Positions 32,416-43,205 of a stretch of 64,000 nt of DNA are shown here, in pieces; position 1 is the first letter of the stretch; each line of letters opens with the position of its first letter. Under the pieces are notes generated by a model that was given only the letters and a program-made list of their open reading frames with translations, made no database searches and had not been told where the DNA came from. This DNA is from Leidyana gryllorum EB-2025a (lineage: Eukaryota; Protista; Apicomplexa). The stretch covers positions 62,001 to 126,000 of the forward strand of contig JBLWGC010000033.1 in the NCBI GenBank assembly GCA_048772705.1, written 5' to 3'. The translations under genes and the position numbers were made by a program.

Positions 32416-34350
32416 TCACATCATCATATCTTTGGACCGGCTTCGGGTGAGAGCTCGTAAGAAATTCTTTGATCGTCGTTGATGTGAGCCTCGCCGGTCT
32501 CTGTTTTCGCCGTCCGAGGCGTTGTCTGGCACCACGACCTCCGTAGCGAGGAGTTTGTCTCCATAGAAGACACCTTCGAAGCTGCCGTTCATCACAGAGA
32601 CTCTACTGGCCACTGAGACGCGTTTGGAGTCTTTCTTGGATTGTACCCCGGCTGCTCCAGCGTAGTCTGTAGGGAGGACGGATCTATAGGTGGTCAGATG
32701 GGGCGTCTTGGTGCCAGCAGGAGTGGTGAGTTGGGACGCACGTCTGCTCGCCTCGACCTCGCTGCTGCTACTGTCTTCTTCTTCGCCCTCAACGAACTCC
32801 GTGCGGGGGGATAAGGGTACGATGGGGGCTTCTTTGATGACCACAGAGGAAGAGAGCTCTCTGTGGTTGTTCGACATGAAGTCCCCGGGTGCGAGGCTCA
32901 TGCTTCGAGACGGCATGGCAGCGGTCATACTCATGGAGGGATGCAATGTCTTGTCATTGGGTATGTGAAGTACCAGAGAGGCACAACTTATACTTGGACT
33001 GGGGGGTACCATAGTTATCCGCAAGGGTTCCGACTTGTTCCGCCCAATCGCGCCTTGGACCCCTATGGGTCTGAGTGCTTGCATATTGGGGGTTTGTTGG
33101 ACCAGAAGACGAGCGTCATCGAGGCGATGTTCGTCAAAATACCTGTTGAGCTCATCGGCGACTTCCTCATTGATGAAACTAAGTATCCGTCGTGTGAAAT
33201 CGCGGTGTACTTGAACGAGGGGCAAATCAGTTGATTTGTCTCCGAATGGCTGCTGCATGGCAATATCAGCCATATACGACCCGTGATAGATGAGAACCAC
33301 CACAAATGTCAGAGCCATTGACAGATACAAATCAGCTGTATAAGCAGCAATACAAAACGGTGTGAAGCAGACGACCACCAGATCTGCCCAAGCCAGATTC
33401 TGCTGGAAAGAAAGTGGCAAAGGCACTTTACTCAATTTGGCAGCATTATTATATGCGCCGATCGCGTTTGCTAATTGATTCCACATTTGACTCATCACGT
33501 GACTGGGAGGACTGGGTTTGATCAAAGCCCGCTTCACCAGACTATTGTGTAGCCAATGGAAGACCAGCGCTGGCTGATCTTTGACACCCTCCAGCTCACT
33601 CACTTCCCAATCAGTCATCCCACCTGAATGAGTGAAGCAATTTACATTTTCGATCTGTCATGAAAGGACTCACCGAGTATATCCAAAGGGGCTTTGATGT
33701 TCTCAGTGAACAAACTTTGAATGCAGACAGCGTGTGCGACAGAGAAATCGTGTAAGATCTCCGCCCGCCATCTCAATTCTCCTCCTCCATCTCGTTGAGG
33801 CAAAGATCCCAGCGCCATTGCCGTGGACGCAGCTAATCCCATGGCCCCAGACATTTGGTACAAACTCCCCAGTGCTTCCCAGAATCGATTGTAACAGATG
33901 CCAGTGGCAAAGGATAGAATGAATGCAGCCGTCTGTACACAAATTTGGTTCCAACAACGCTCACGATCGACCCTCTCACCTGCATGAAGAAGGTAAACCC
34001 AACCGGGTTGGTCATGAACTCTTGGTCTCCATACCGATAGGGTATGAGAACCTCATGATAAAAAGCGTTCAGACTCGTGGCCACCAACATGGAGATGAAT
34101 GCACGGGGCAAACGGGATCCTTTCCATCTACCCAACACCAGCCAGTGGTCATACCACTGCCGCATCCGATAGAAGACCACCATAGTGGCCACCGAGCACA
34201 CTAAAAAAACTTCGGCTACTTGATATTTCGTCGTCACCAAAGCCCAATCCCCCTTAGATTGCTCAATAAATCATAAGCCATCCCCCATCAAGGCTCAGAT
34301 TCAGGCACCCGGATCATCATCAACACACTTACACACACGATCCTCGCCAT
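32416..34350 (-). CDS. Bestrophin-like (RFP-TM) anion channel, multi-exon
   Basis: Transmembrane segments plus KVPLPLSFQQNL, FTPFCI and MQQPFGDKSTDLPL (bestrophin PFGxDxxDLP motif). Start inferred as MARIVC|GDWALVTTKYQ across a gtaagt...ctaag intron. Confidence 0.75.
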
Positions 34351-34815
34351 CCGCAAGGCTGCTACTTTGGGTCACCGAGAGGAGGGAGGGGATTTGCAGA
34401 CGCTATGTGGTCTCAATTTTTATGCTCTGACAGCGTACTGACTGATCTGCGTAGATAGAGAGGTACAGGCGCTTCCCACAGACTCTTCACTCCGTCCTAC
34501 CCCCTGCGACGTGCATTTCGGCTCCAGACGGCGCGAGATCACAGAGGTGAGTTGGCCTCGATGGTAAGTTATGTGGAAAGTTTGGTGGTGGAATGAATAT
34601 GTGGGTGTTGTTCATGACTGGTTCTACCACACTTTTTATGACGAGTACGTCTTGCGTCGCGACCATAACAAAACGTCAAATGTTTCTGACATGAGAGTGA
34701 TGATCTAACCTTAAGGCAAATATGCTATCGGAAAATTGTTTGTGGTGATTGATTGCCCATTGATGATATTATACATTAGCTGTCCATGTGTTGTCCCAAT
34801 GTTGGGACTTCGCCT

Positions 34816-37800
34816 TCAGCAAACATTGTTGTTGCCCACCCCACTTGAGCTATGTCTCTGTCGGGCTCTCGCTGCTGCGGCCTCGGCAATCGCTCTGAAG
34901 TCTGGGCCACCAGCACTTGAAGATATCTGGGGCTGATTGTCGGACCTGCGGGTGGGGATGTCCCTCTCCGCTTCCAATCTGGCCATCATCTCTTGTGCGT
35001 CGGCCTCGGTCCAATGCTCGACCTCCACAAAGTCAATCGGCTGACTGATTTCTAATTTATCCACCTTTTTCTTCTTCAAAGTCGAGCCTTCAAATGGGAG
35101 AGTCGCCATCACCTGTTGTGCCTCTTCGGGAGTCATGTGATGTACCCGCTCGAACTCAATGGGCACAGTGATGCTCAATTTGTCCACCTTCTTTCTCTTT
35201 AGGGTGGGCTGAGTAGTGGCTATCTCCTGACTCGGCCCTGTGTTGCCCGTACTCGCTGCATTCCCACTCGACTCGTCTACCGCGTGGGAGAAACTCGTAA
35301 CTCCTTCGTCAGAATCGATCGTGTTCCCCTCAGAGGGCGGTGTGTCTCCGTGCTCCCCCTTCTGGTCCGGAGGGAATTTGTCGTTCTCGTGAATATCCAG
35401 AACTGCATCCAACTTGTCCAGTTCTTCCTGGACGGCCATTATCATTTTTGCCTCCTCGGCAGTGGCTCTCTTGTCCTTCTTGTCCGGAGGGAACGAGTCA
35501 TTCTCGTGGATATCCAGAACTGCATCCAACTTGTCCAGTTCTTCCTGGGCGGCCATTATCATTTTTGCCTCATCGGCACTCATATGTCGTACCAGCTCGA
35601 ATTTCGTGGGCAAGCCAATATCCTGCGGCGTTATCGAGACTTTGCGCTTTCTCGAAAACTTATTACGGATGCCAGCTGCCAGTCTTTCGAGGGAGCTGCG
35701 ACGAGGCCGCGCCTCCTTGGATGACAAAGGCGGCAATTGCTTGGCTACCTTGAGGACCTCAAGTTCAAACTGAGGCTCTCTCGAAACCTCTTCATATACG
35801 TGAGTCACTGTCGTGATCTGCGACCCGGTATTGGATCCACCAGAAGAGAGCGAAAGGTGGGAAACGGTATCCGATAGGCCACTGTACTGCTCAGCCTCCT
35901 GGAAATCATCCATTCTCTTCTTGGCGGCCCCCGCAGCATCCCCGTCAGGACGATTGGCTCTATCGGGGTGAAGATCAGCTTCTTCATCCTTATTAAAGAC
36001 ATTGCGGGGATGTTTGGCATCAACTCTTCGGCCTCTGGTACGAGAGTAAACGGGTTTCATTACTTTTGGGGTCTGAGCTCCAGCCACCCGACCGCTGCTT
36101 TCATCGAGGAGGATGAACCCGGTCATATCCTTCCAGCAAAGGTGGAATCCTCGTTCTTGGACAGCAGCGGCGAAGTGCTGAGTCATCTTCCTGACTGACT
36201 GAGGCATCGGCTCACCCTCGCGATGCTCCTCGGCCCTGTTCCGACTGTAATTCAAAGGATACATCTTGACACCCGAAGAAGTCAAAGCCAAATTGAACAA
36301 AGGGACTCCGTGCTTGGAGACATACTGACAGAATACTCTCACGACCCCTTCAAACTTTGCTGCGCCCACGAGAACTTCTCCGCCCGCAGGAGGAAGGATC
36401 CCACTATGATATAGGACGCGTCTAAAGTTCTTCGCCAACGTCAGGTTGTCACTACTTCCTTCCCCGTCGAAGGTCCTAAGACCGAATCTCAGAGTTCTGC
36501 CATCAGAGGTTACGATTTTCATCCGTCCTCCTTCCATCTTCTTTGAGGAATACACTTTGAGAGAATACGTCGGCGGCCGAACAGTTTGATCAATGAGCGG
36601 CTGAGAATAGTATTCGTCCCGAAATCTCTCTGTTTTGGTCCGCTCCATCACATTGTCTCTCAGATGCCTGTTGTAATCCGGCTGGTCATCCATCTTGATG
36701 TGAATGAAGAACTGATCCATCACAATTGTGTCAATAAGATGTCTATCGGCCTCGGCGACTTTCCTCTCGAGCATCTCGGAAACTTCCTTCAATACTTCAG
36801 ACGCGGGGCTCTTCTCGTCAGTGGAGATCTCGATCACTTTCCCTTGGAGACCCTTTTGGGAACTCCCAGGCGCGACCATCGCCCCGACTACCACAGCCCA
36901 GGTACCGATGCGGCTGTCCGATCTCGGAACTGCGTAGATTGGAATCAGGTTGCCGTAGATTCTGTCCGGGCGAACCACCAATAGTTCATGTTCACTGCTC
37001 CATCGAGCGTTGTATCTCCCCGATAGAGTACCGCCCAACTTGATCCCGATGGGAGGAGTCCGCGGCCACCACCGATTGTCTCCCACAGGTACAACTTCTG
37101 CGCCTCGTTGCGAGAGAAGGTTCAAAATCTCGTCCCTGGACGACGCGTAGGGCGCTGAAGGTTTGTAGGCGAAGATGCCTTCGTCAACTACGCCGAGGGG
37201 CAGATTAACAACGCCCGCGCGACCGGCGTCAGAGGACGTTTTTGCGGTCTCAAGTATCTTGAGTTCGTCCCACACCGACCAAACAACCTCATCCCCCTGA
37301 GCCTCAAGATTATGGAGTACATGACGCATTGGTTCCAGACGGTTGCCTATCTGGGCTGCGTCTCGCCGAGCGACTTCGTAGTGACGTCGCACGTTTTCCG
37401 GGCTGTGATCAGAACCTCCCATCCACGGGTAGCACACCACAAAGTCGTCTTCGAAACCAATCAGGTACAATGGGTGCCCTCTTGAAGAAACGAGACAGCA
37501 GTGTATGGCAGACATCTCATCGAAGCTCCCAAAGGTGTAACGAGAATCCGACTTGTGCGGCACACTTCGGCAAGACAATTGCCCCAGAAGTCGCTCAGTC
37601 AGATTCTCGCTCAGAGGAGACTCCACTGTGTATCGCATTTCCCCTCCCACTTTGTTGTTGTTGTCTGCCGATTTTGGGGTCGCGACCCACTGCTGGATCC
37701 CAGCAGTGCTGTCTTTCTTTGTCCAATTTGTGAGGGTGGAGAGAGCTTGGCCCCTCTCGGCGTCAAGATGCCGAGTGGGACCAATTGGTGCATCCATCTG

Positions 37801-38451
37801 TCGGGAAGCCTTGTCCATAGAGGCAGAGTATTCCGACGTAGCGCCATTACGGTGAACTGTCCACAGACAGTTCTCGCCGAGCACAATGGTCTCTACGTCC
37901 GGGTGATTGGTCACTTCGTTAAGGCGATGGCCGAAATGATTTAACATTTTGGATGCCGTCGTGCCACTGGGAAGCGAGCCGCTCCCTAAAACTTCAATTA
38001 CTTTGCGCCCGTCCTGTGAGAAGACCCCAACAAGTTTGCTCGTTCCGTGGAAATTGTCTTTTGAACGCGAGAAGACCGCAAACCCTTCCCGAATCCCAGC
38101 AACTGGCTGCAGAACGAGACAGGAATCATCCTGAAGGGACTCCCACTGTGAATCATAGGTACGCGACAGCCCCCCGGCCAAACGAATCCAGGAAGGAGGC
38201 TTTCGAAACTTTAGAGCATTATGTCCGATTGAGCGTAACTCGGATGACTTGAGCACGTCGTCTATCAGACATTGCAGGTCTTTGAAAACGCACTTGTGCT
38301 GATCAAAATCTGGAGAATCCGGAACTCCGATGGTTGCTATCGGACCCCTGTCTGTAGCAACAATCGGAACGCCTTGTCCCAATACCGTTGCGGTCAACAG
38401 AAGTAACTGTTGGCCTTCAGTGGATGCATACGAGAAGCACGGTGCTTTCAT
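34816..38451 (-). CDS. Array B member 1 (1211 aa): MKAP leader, duplicated core, tail with three CRIB-like motifs
   Basis: Intronless ORF. Core motifs KLVGVFSQDGRKVIEV, HCCLVSSRGHPLYLIGFE..YPWMG, WSVWDEL and GAEVVPVGDNRW are shared with neighbours. Confidence 0.88.
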   Translation of the reverse strand: MKAPCFSYASTEGQQLLLLTATVLGQGVPIVATDRGPIATIGVPDSPDFDQHKCVFKDLQCLIDDVLKSSELRSIGHNALKFRKPPSWIRLAGGLSRTYDSQWESLQDDSCLVLQPVAGIREGFAVFSRSKDNFHGTSKLVGVFSQDGRKVIEVLGSGSLPSGTTASKMLNHFGHRLNEVTNHPDVETIVLGENCLWTVHRNGATSEYSASMDKASRQMDAPIGPTRHLDAERGQALSTLTNWTKKDSTAGIQQWVATPKSADNNNKVGGEMRYTVESPLSENLTERLLGQLSCRSVPHKSDSRYTFGSFDEMSAIHCCLVSSRGHPLYLIGFEDDFVVCYPWMGGSDHSPENVRRHYEVARRDAAQIGNRLEPMRHVLHNLEAQGDEVVWSVWDELKILETAKTSSDAGRAGVVNLPLGVVDEGIFAYKPSAPYASSRDEILNLLSQRGAEVVPVGDNRWWPRTPPIGIKLGGTLSGRYNARWSSEHELLVVRPDRIYGNLIPIYAVPRSDSRIGTWAVVVGAMVAPGSSQKGLQGKVIEISTDEKSPASEVLKEVSEMLERKVAEADRHLIDTIVMDQFFIHIKMDDQPDYNRHLRDNVMERTKTERFRDEYYSQPLIDQTVRPPTYSLKVYSSKKMEGGRMKIVTSDGRTLRFGLRTFDGEGSSDNLTLAKNFRRVLYHSGILPPAGGEVLVGAAKFEGVVRVFCQYVSKHGVPLFNLALTSSGVKMYPLNYSRNRAEEHREGEPMPQSVRKMTQHFAAAVQERGFHLCWKDMTGFILLDESSGRVAGAQTPKVMKPVYSRTRGRRVDAKHPRNVFNKDEEADLHPDRANRPDGDAAGAAKKRMDDFQEAEQYSGLSDTVSHLSLSSGGSNTGSQITTVTHVYEEVSREPQFELEVLKVAKQLPPLSSKEARPRRSSLERLAAGIRNKFSRKRKVSITPQDIGLPTKFELVRHMSADEAKMIMAAQEELDKLDAVLDIHENDSFPPDKKDKRATAEEAKMIMAVQEELDKLDAVLDIHENDKFPPDQKGEHGDTPPSEGNTIDSDEGVTSFSHAVDESSGNAASTGNTGPSQEIATTQPTLKRKKVDKLSITVPIEFERVHHMTPEEAQQVMATLPFEGSTLKKKKVDKLEISQPIDFVEVEHWTEADAQEMMARLEAERDIPTRRSDNQPQISSSAGGPDFRAIAEAAAARARQRHSSSGVGNNNVC
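35365..35578 (-). repeat. 117-bp-period coding duplication (A[DE]EAKMIMA[AV]QEELDKLDAVLDIHEND[SK]FPPD)
   Basis: Two near-identical copies, visible in both DNA and protein. Confidence 0.9.
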
Positions 38452-39168
38452 GATAAATATGCGGTGAATAGATTTTTCGTTGAAATTTTTCTACTGCTTA
38501 CTGTCGGCCAGTCGTACTCAACAGTCAGCTACAAGTGTTACTATGCCGTCTGCAGGACATCGCCCCCATCTAAGAGAGTTTTGGTCAATTGGAGGGGATC
38601 TGCTGATTGCCGGTGCCCAAACATCGGGCGTATGCCGATCAAACTCAACTCCGTCTCGTCCTGCTAGGTTCAGGAGGTCGAAACTTCGGTGACTTCAATG
38701 GTTGATAGCCCACTTGACCGATAATACAGGCAGCAGCGATGGATACTCGATTTCTCGAGAGGCGGTCCAGCCTGCGGCCGACTTCAATTCCAAATCGCAC
38801 CTTGAGCACAGATGGAAGGCATCCTCACAGTACACAGTCATCTGTAAAGTCCTTCATAGCCGCATCCTTGTCTGCGGGCGAACTCATGTCGCCCTGATCT
38901 AATCACTCCTTATCTGTAGGCATCACTGCTTCCTTCTTAATTCCTTTTTGACCATCGTTGATAGTAGGTAGATTCACGTGCAAAGGTCGTACAGCACACA
39001 CGTGTCTGTCTGTGTCTCCCTTCCTGATCCTGAGGAGATATTCTGTAATTAAGCATGACAGGTATGCCGATATCAAGAGCGTACTCTTATAGATCACGGT
39101 GTCATATTAGCTTCCGTGCTCTTCTGATGAACGATTTTGGCCTCGAACTGGTGGTTCCTCCTGGTGTT

Positions 39169-42100
39169 TCAGAGTGCAGTCGGGCGGATCGAGGCGGCTC
39201 TGCGCGGTCGGTTAGCTGGGCGAGGTCGTTCACGTTTCGTGTTCACAACTTCCTTGGGCGCCTCCGAGCCATCACTTGGGGGCTGGACAGGTACCCGAAG
39301 TGCATTCTCTTGCGGAGATTGGGCGTCAAATAAGTGATCCCATTCAGGGAAGACATTCCCAACAGCGGTTGTCACGGCGAGGTCGGCCTCACTTGGAGAC
39401 AAGAGGCCCTCATTACCTCGCGGGAGATCGACTTTGGCGGCGGCACCCCCATTGGCAGGTTGAGCTTCGAATAACGGATCCCATTTGGGAAAGACATCCT
39501 CACCAACGGTTGCCACGACACGGTGGGCCTCCCTTGGCGGCACCAAGCCCTTTTTGCGTAGAGGGGGATCGATTCTCGCAGCAGCACCTTCATTGGCAGC
39601 TTGGCCGTCGAACAACGGATCCCAATCGGGAAAGGCATCCTCCTCCGCGATTGGTAGAACGGGGTTGCTTCCACTTGGAGGTAACGAGTCCTGGACGAAG
39701 TTGGACTCATCTGGTCGGACAGGCGGCTCGGTAAAATGCGATTCCCAGTTGGCGAAAACATCCTCAAACGCAGTGGGCTCAGATGGAGGAATGGCTGGAA
39801 TCGAGGCAGCGGGCTCGTCGAATCGCACCTGAGCAGCCTCGTCCTCTCCCATGGGAAGCCGGTCGGCGAAAGGATCCCACTCTGCAAAGCAATCATCTCC
39901 GAAATCGTTTGCATTCTGACTGGCTGCGACAGGGAAGCGGAGAGGGTCCCTAACTTCAACGGAGAACCTTTCCCAGTTGCGAGTGGCATTTGTCTCCATC
40001 GTGTTCTTGTCTCTGATTGTTGGTGTCATCCAGTCGTTGATAGCACTGTAAAGAGTGTCTATCGGACTACGTGAGGTCGGCGGTGTGCTCAGGTCGAGCA
40101 GTAAAGTTTCACCATCGGCACTCGGAATCTTATCAGCTGCGTTCTTCGTAAGTGTTCGTGAGGTCTGTCTCCCCATCGGGCGGGGCACAACGAATTCCCC
40201 CTGAGGGGCTCGGGGTGCCATCTGTCCCCCTATCGGCCGTGGTTGTACTGATTGTCCCTGAGGGGCTCGGGGTGCGGTCTGTGCCTCCATCGGGGGTGGT
40301 GAAACCGATTGTACCCATCCGGCTCCTATCGCGGTCTCTTCTCCTGTCGGATATGATAATACCGACTGTTCCTGTGGGGATCGTGTTTGAAGTACACCTG
40401 TTCGGGCGGCCGCCGACCGAACTGGAAGGTGAGGTGGTTCAACATAAGTGTATGGGTCGTAGGAATAATAAGGATGTGGCTGCTGATCTCCGAGTGGAAG
40501 TTGTGGGCGCTGGTTGGCCGGGGTGATGGGCACCGTCCAGTGGGACGCGGACGCTGTGGAGGCCCCTCGGGGTCTGTGAGAGACTTGTGACGGTGCGAGT
40601 GGTGCTGCGAGCGACCTCTTGGGGGCAGTAGTATCACTGATGATCGATTGATAACTTGTGGCTGCCTGACTGGTGGCTGCCTGACTGGTGGCGGCCTGAC
40701 TTGAGTCTTTACGTAGGCGCTCGGTGGCTTCGGGTGGACTCCAGAGATTGGTTGGAAGCTCGACACGTACCGTATTATCGTTCAGTTGGAATCGGAGGTC
40801 GAGAAGGTGTTTTTGAGTCCAGGAGACACGGATTTTATGGTCCTCCAGAGTCTGGATGAGGTAGAGCATACCCTCAACATCTGTTGCCAAACTCTCATAG
40901 GGGCATCTCCGAAGGCCCAATTCGGGCGAATACAGCATTCGATACAATGGTCCGGCTCGATCGCTGACGTCGAACCAAAAAACGGAGCGGTTTTGAGGGT
41001 GGCTGCCAAACTTGAGCTTTGTCTTGGAAGGCAGACAAATCATGTGTGTGCACAGAGTACTGATGAGCGAGTTGGCACGGAAGACGGAATCCGCGTCGAT
41101 ACGGTCCGCAAACTTGTGCATACGTATGTCGTTGACACCATTGACACTAATCGAAGACACCAACAATTCGTTCATCGTCTCCTTCACTGGCCCAAACTGC
41201 AACCACCCAGAAGGCCTTACGCGTGGCCATTGCTGCGCGGACGACGCGGTGGTGCACTTGAAGTTGATTTTCTCACTCGTTGTGTGTTGATCGGGTGAAG
41301 GGGAGACGAAGAATTTCCTGAATTCGCAAGCTTTGCGCTCCTGTGTCGTAATTTCAACAAAGACCTCGTCTTGATCGAGGAATATGCGAGACACTCTTTT
41401 CCCCCCGCTTTGATTCTTGTCCAACCTCAGGACTTGACGAAGGACGGGCTTGTATCTAGTGACATCCAGAAAGGATTTTTCATCGTCATTCTCCTTCAAG
41501 AGCTGCTTGATTTCAATGACGCGGGTCTTGTCCAGACTGATGATACCCGCGAGTTGCATATCAGGGCCAACTTCACCCGAGGACACTATTCGGAAAAGCA
41601 GCATAGCGCCATCAACGCTTTGACCGCCGTGGAATCCGAGTCTGGCCTCGCCTGTGCACCAATTGTTCGAGAACTCTGCTGCCAGATCGCCGCAAAGCTT
41701 CACTCCCGGGGGGGATTGGACAATGCACCACCGATTTGGCCCAACGAGCGATACTTGGGCTCCTCGCGCCACCCAAGCCCCAATTGTCTTCAAACTCAGT
41801 AATCGGGCTTCCAAACACGGGTTCTTCTGCAACCATCCTTGGAGTTTGGAGAAGGCGACAGGTCGCTCGAGAGGAGTCAAGGCGACGTTATTCATCCCGT
41901 ACATCAGACTGTTCCAGCTCTCCCAGCGTGCATCCGGCCTGCGGGTCAGGTATGTTTGTGCGAGTTGGACCTGCTTTTGGTCTTGCAGAGGCGCCTCATG
42001 TCTCAGCATGTTGTAGATCTGACCGATTTCGCCAATTGATGGTGGGTGACGAGCAGAGGAGAGACCATTGCTGTCTGTGGAAGAGTGGTAACCCAGTCCA

Positions 42101-43044
42101 TCTGTGGGATAGAATTTGAGGCAACCGCTTTCGAGAGCGACAATGTACTGTGGCATCTTCTCTCGGGATGCAACCAAACAGTGTAAGGGGGTTTCTTCTG
42201 TCTCTCGCTGCCCAAAGATGATCTCCGCGTTCCGCGGACACACCAAACCGCGTTTCAAGAACTGTGTGAGGGCAGCTTTGAGATCCACGTCAGTCGGGCC
42301 GCTAAGTTGGTAAGTGATCTTGAGGTCATCAGACCCATCCTTGCGGCGCAAGTGACACTCCCACTGGTTCGCCTTGACGCCTTTTGGGGAGATTTTCAGA
42401 ACTTCAGCGGTCTCATCAGGGCCACGCAGAAGCTGCTGGTACTCTGTCTGGTCAAGTTTCTTGGGATGTATCACGCTCTCTGTGGGGCGGTCGGATGCGC
42501 GATGGAGTTTCCACCATCTCCCATCAACTTGAAAGTACACTTTGTCCTCGTGCAGAACAATTCGCGTCAGACGGGGTGCCAATAAGCACTCGCTGAGCTC
42601 CTTTTCCCAAGAGGTCAAGAGTTTCTCAGCCTCCTCTTCCTTGACCCACTTTGACCGGCGCACTTCGACGACTCTGCGGCCAACTACGGATAACAAACCC
42701 TCAAACACGCCTCGTGAGTGGGGCGTCGATTTGGGCACCTTGTAGACCGCCATACCCAACGGCGAATCTCTCAAGACTATCTCGTACTCCTTCGAGGTCC
42801 ATGACGAGTCAAACGTTTGCTTCATTGACTCGCTCAGCTCGATGGAGGGAGAGCCCTTCGCAACTCTCAGACTGTTGAAATCTTTGTGGAAGACGCCCTC
42901 TTCGAAGACTTCAGGTGCATACTCGATCCCCGCCAAAACAGGCCTCGAGAGGCTGTTGAGGACACCTGAAGCCAAGAGCGGTGCCCATGTGACGATGCCA
43001 GAGTGAGTCGAGGCTGCTCGATGCCAGAGACGAGGGGTTTGCAT
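39169..43044 (-). CDS. Array B member 2 (about 1291 aa from MQTPRL): duplicated core, long tail with F-x-x-W-D-P-[FL] repeats
   Basis: First ATG at 43044. Core motifs FEGLLSVVGRRVVEV, LHCLVAS...FYPTDGL, WESWNSL, GAQVSLVGPNRW and MLYLIQTLEDHKIRVSW. Confidence 0.85.
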   Translation of the reverse strand: MQTPRLWHRAASTHSGIVTWAPLLASGVLNSLSRPVLAGIEYAPEVFEEGVFHKDFNSLRVAKGSPSIELSESMKQTFDSSWTSKEYEIVLRDSPLGMAVYKVPKSTPHSRGVFEGLLSVVGRRVVEVRRSKWVKEEEAEKLLTSWEKELSECLLAPRLTRIVLHEDKVYFQVDGRWWKLHRASDRPTESVIHPKKLDQTEYQQLLRGPDETAEVLKISPKGVKANQWECHLRRKDGSDDLKITYQLSGPTDVDLKAALTQFLKRGLVCPRNAEIIFGQRETEETPLHCLVASREKMPQYIVALESGCLKFYPTDGLGYHSSTDSNGLSSARHPPSIGEIGQIYNMLRHEAPLQDQKQVQLAQTYLTRRPDARWESWNSLMYGMNNVALTPLERPVAFSKLQGWLQKNPCLEARLLSLKTIGAWVARGAQVSLVGPNRWCIVQSPPGVKLCGDLAAEFSNNWCTGEARLGFHGGQSVDGAMLLFRIVSSGEVGPDMQLAGIISLDKTRVIEIKQLLKENDDEKSFLDVTRYKPVLRQVLRLDKNQSGGKRVSRIFLDQDEVFVEITTQERKACEFRKFFVSPSPDQHTTSEKINFKCTTASSAQQWPRVRPSGWLQFGPVKETMNELLVSSISVNGVNDIRMHKFADRIDADSVFRANSLISTLCTHMICLPSKTKLKFGSHPQNRSVFWFDVSDRAGPLYRMLYSPELGLRRCPYESLATDVEGMLYLIQTLEDHKIRVSWTQKHLLDLRFQLNDNTVRVELPTNLWSPPEATERLRKDSSQAATSQAATSQAATSYQSIISDTTAPKRSLAAPLAPSQVSHRPRGASTASASHWTVPITPANQRPQLPLGDQQPHPYYSYDPYTYVEPPHLPVRSAAARTGVLQTRSPQEQSVLSYPTGEETAIGAGWVQSVSPPPMEAQTAPRAPQGQSVQPRPIGGQMAPRAPQGEFVVPRPMGRQTSRTLTKNAADKIPSADGETLLLDLSTPPTSRSPIDTLYSAINDWMTPTIRDKNTMETNATRNWERFSVEVRDPLRFPVAASQNANDFGDDCFAEWDPFADRLPMGEDEAAQVRFDEPAASIPAIPPSEPTAFEDVFANWESHFTEPPVRPDESNFVQDSLPPSGSNPVLPIAEEDAFPDWDPLFDGQAANEGAAARIDPPLRKKGLVPPREAHRVVATVGEDVFPKWDPLFEAQPANGGAAAKVDLPRGNEGLLSPSEADLAVTTAVGNVFPEWDHLFDAQSPQENALRVPVQPPSDGSEAPKEVVNTKRERPRPANRPRRAASIRPTAL

Positions 43045-43205
43045 TCCAACACACGATAGTCCCAATTTTTTTGCCCATTTGTCGGCGGAGGCAAATGGAT
43101 TCGATGAACAAAAATCACGAGGGAATCCCTTCAATGGAGAGGAATACTCCTCATTAATGCCAATGATGAATGCTCATACAACACATCACACAACCTCCTA
43201 TCGCT

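Noticed and set aside
38452-39168. tRNA or ncRNA genes in the larger intergenic gaps (also 24355-25178, 34351-34815, 50624-51073)
   Set aside because: No cloverleaf, A/B-box pair or recognisable RNA motif was found by eye. An Infernal or tRNAscan run would be needed to exclude them.
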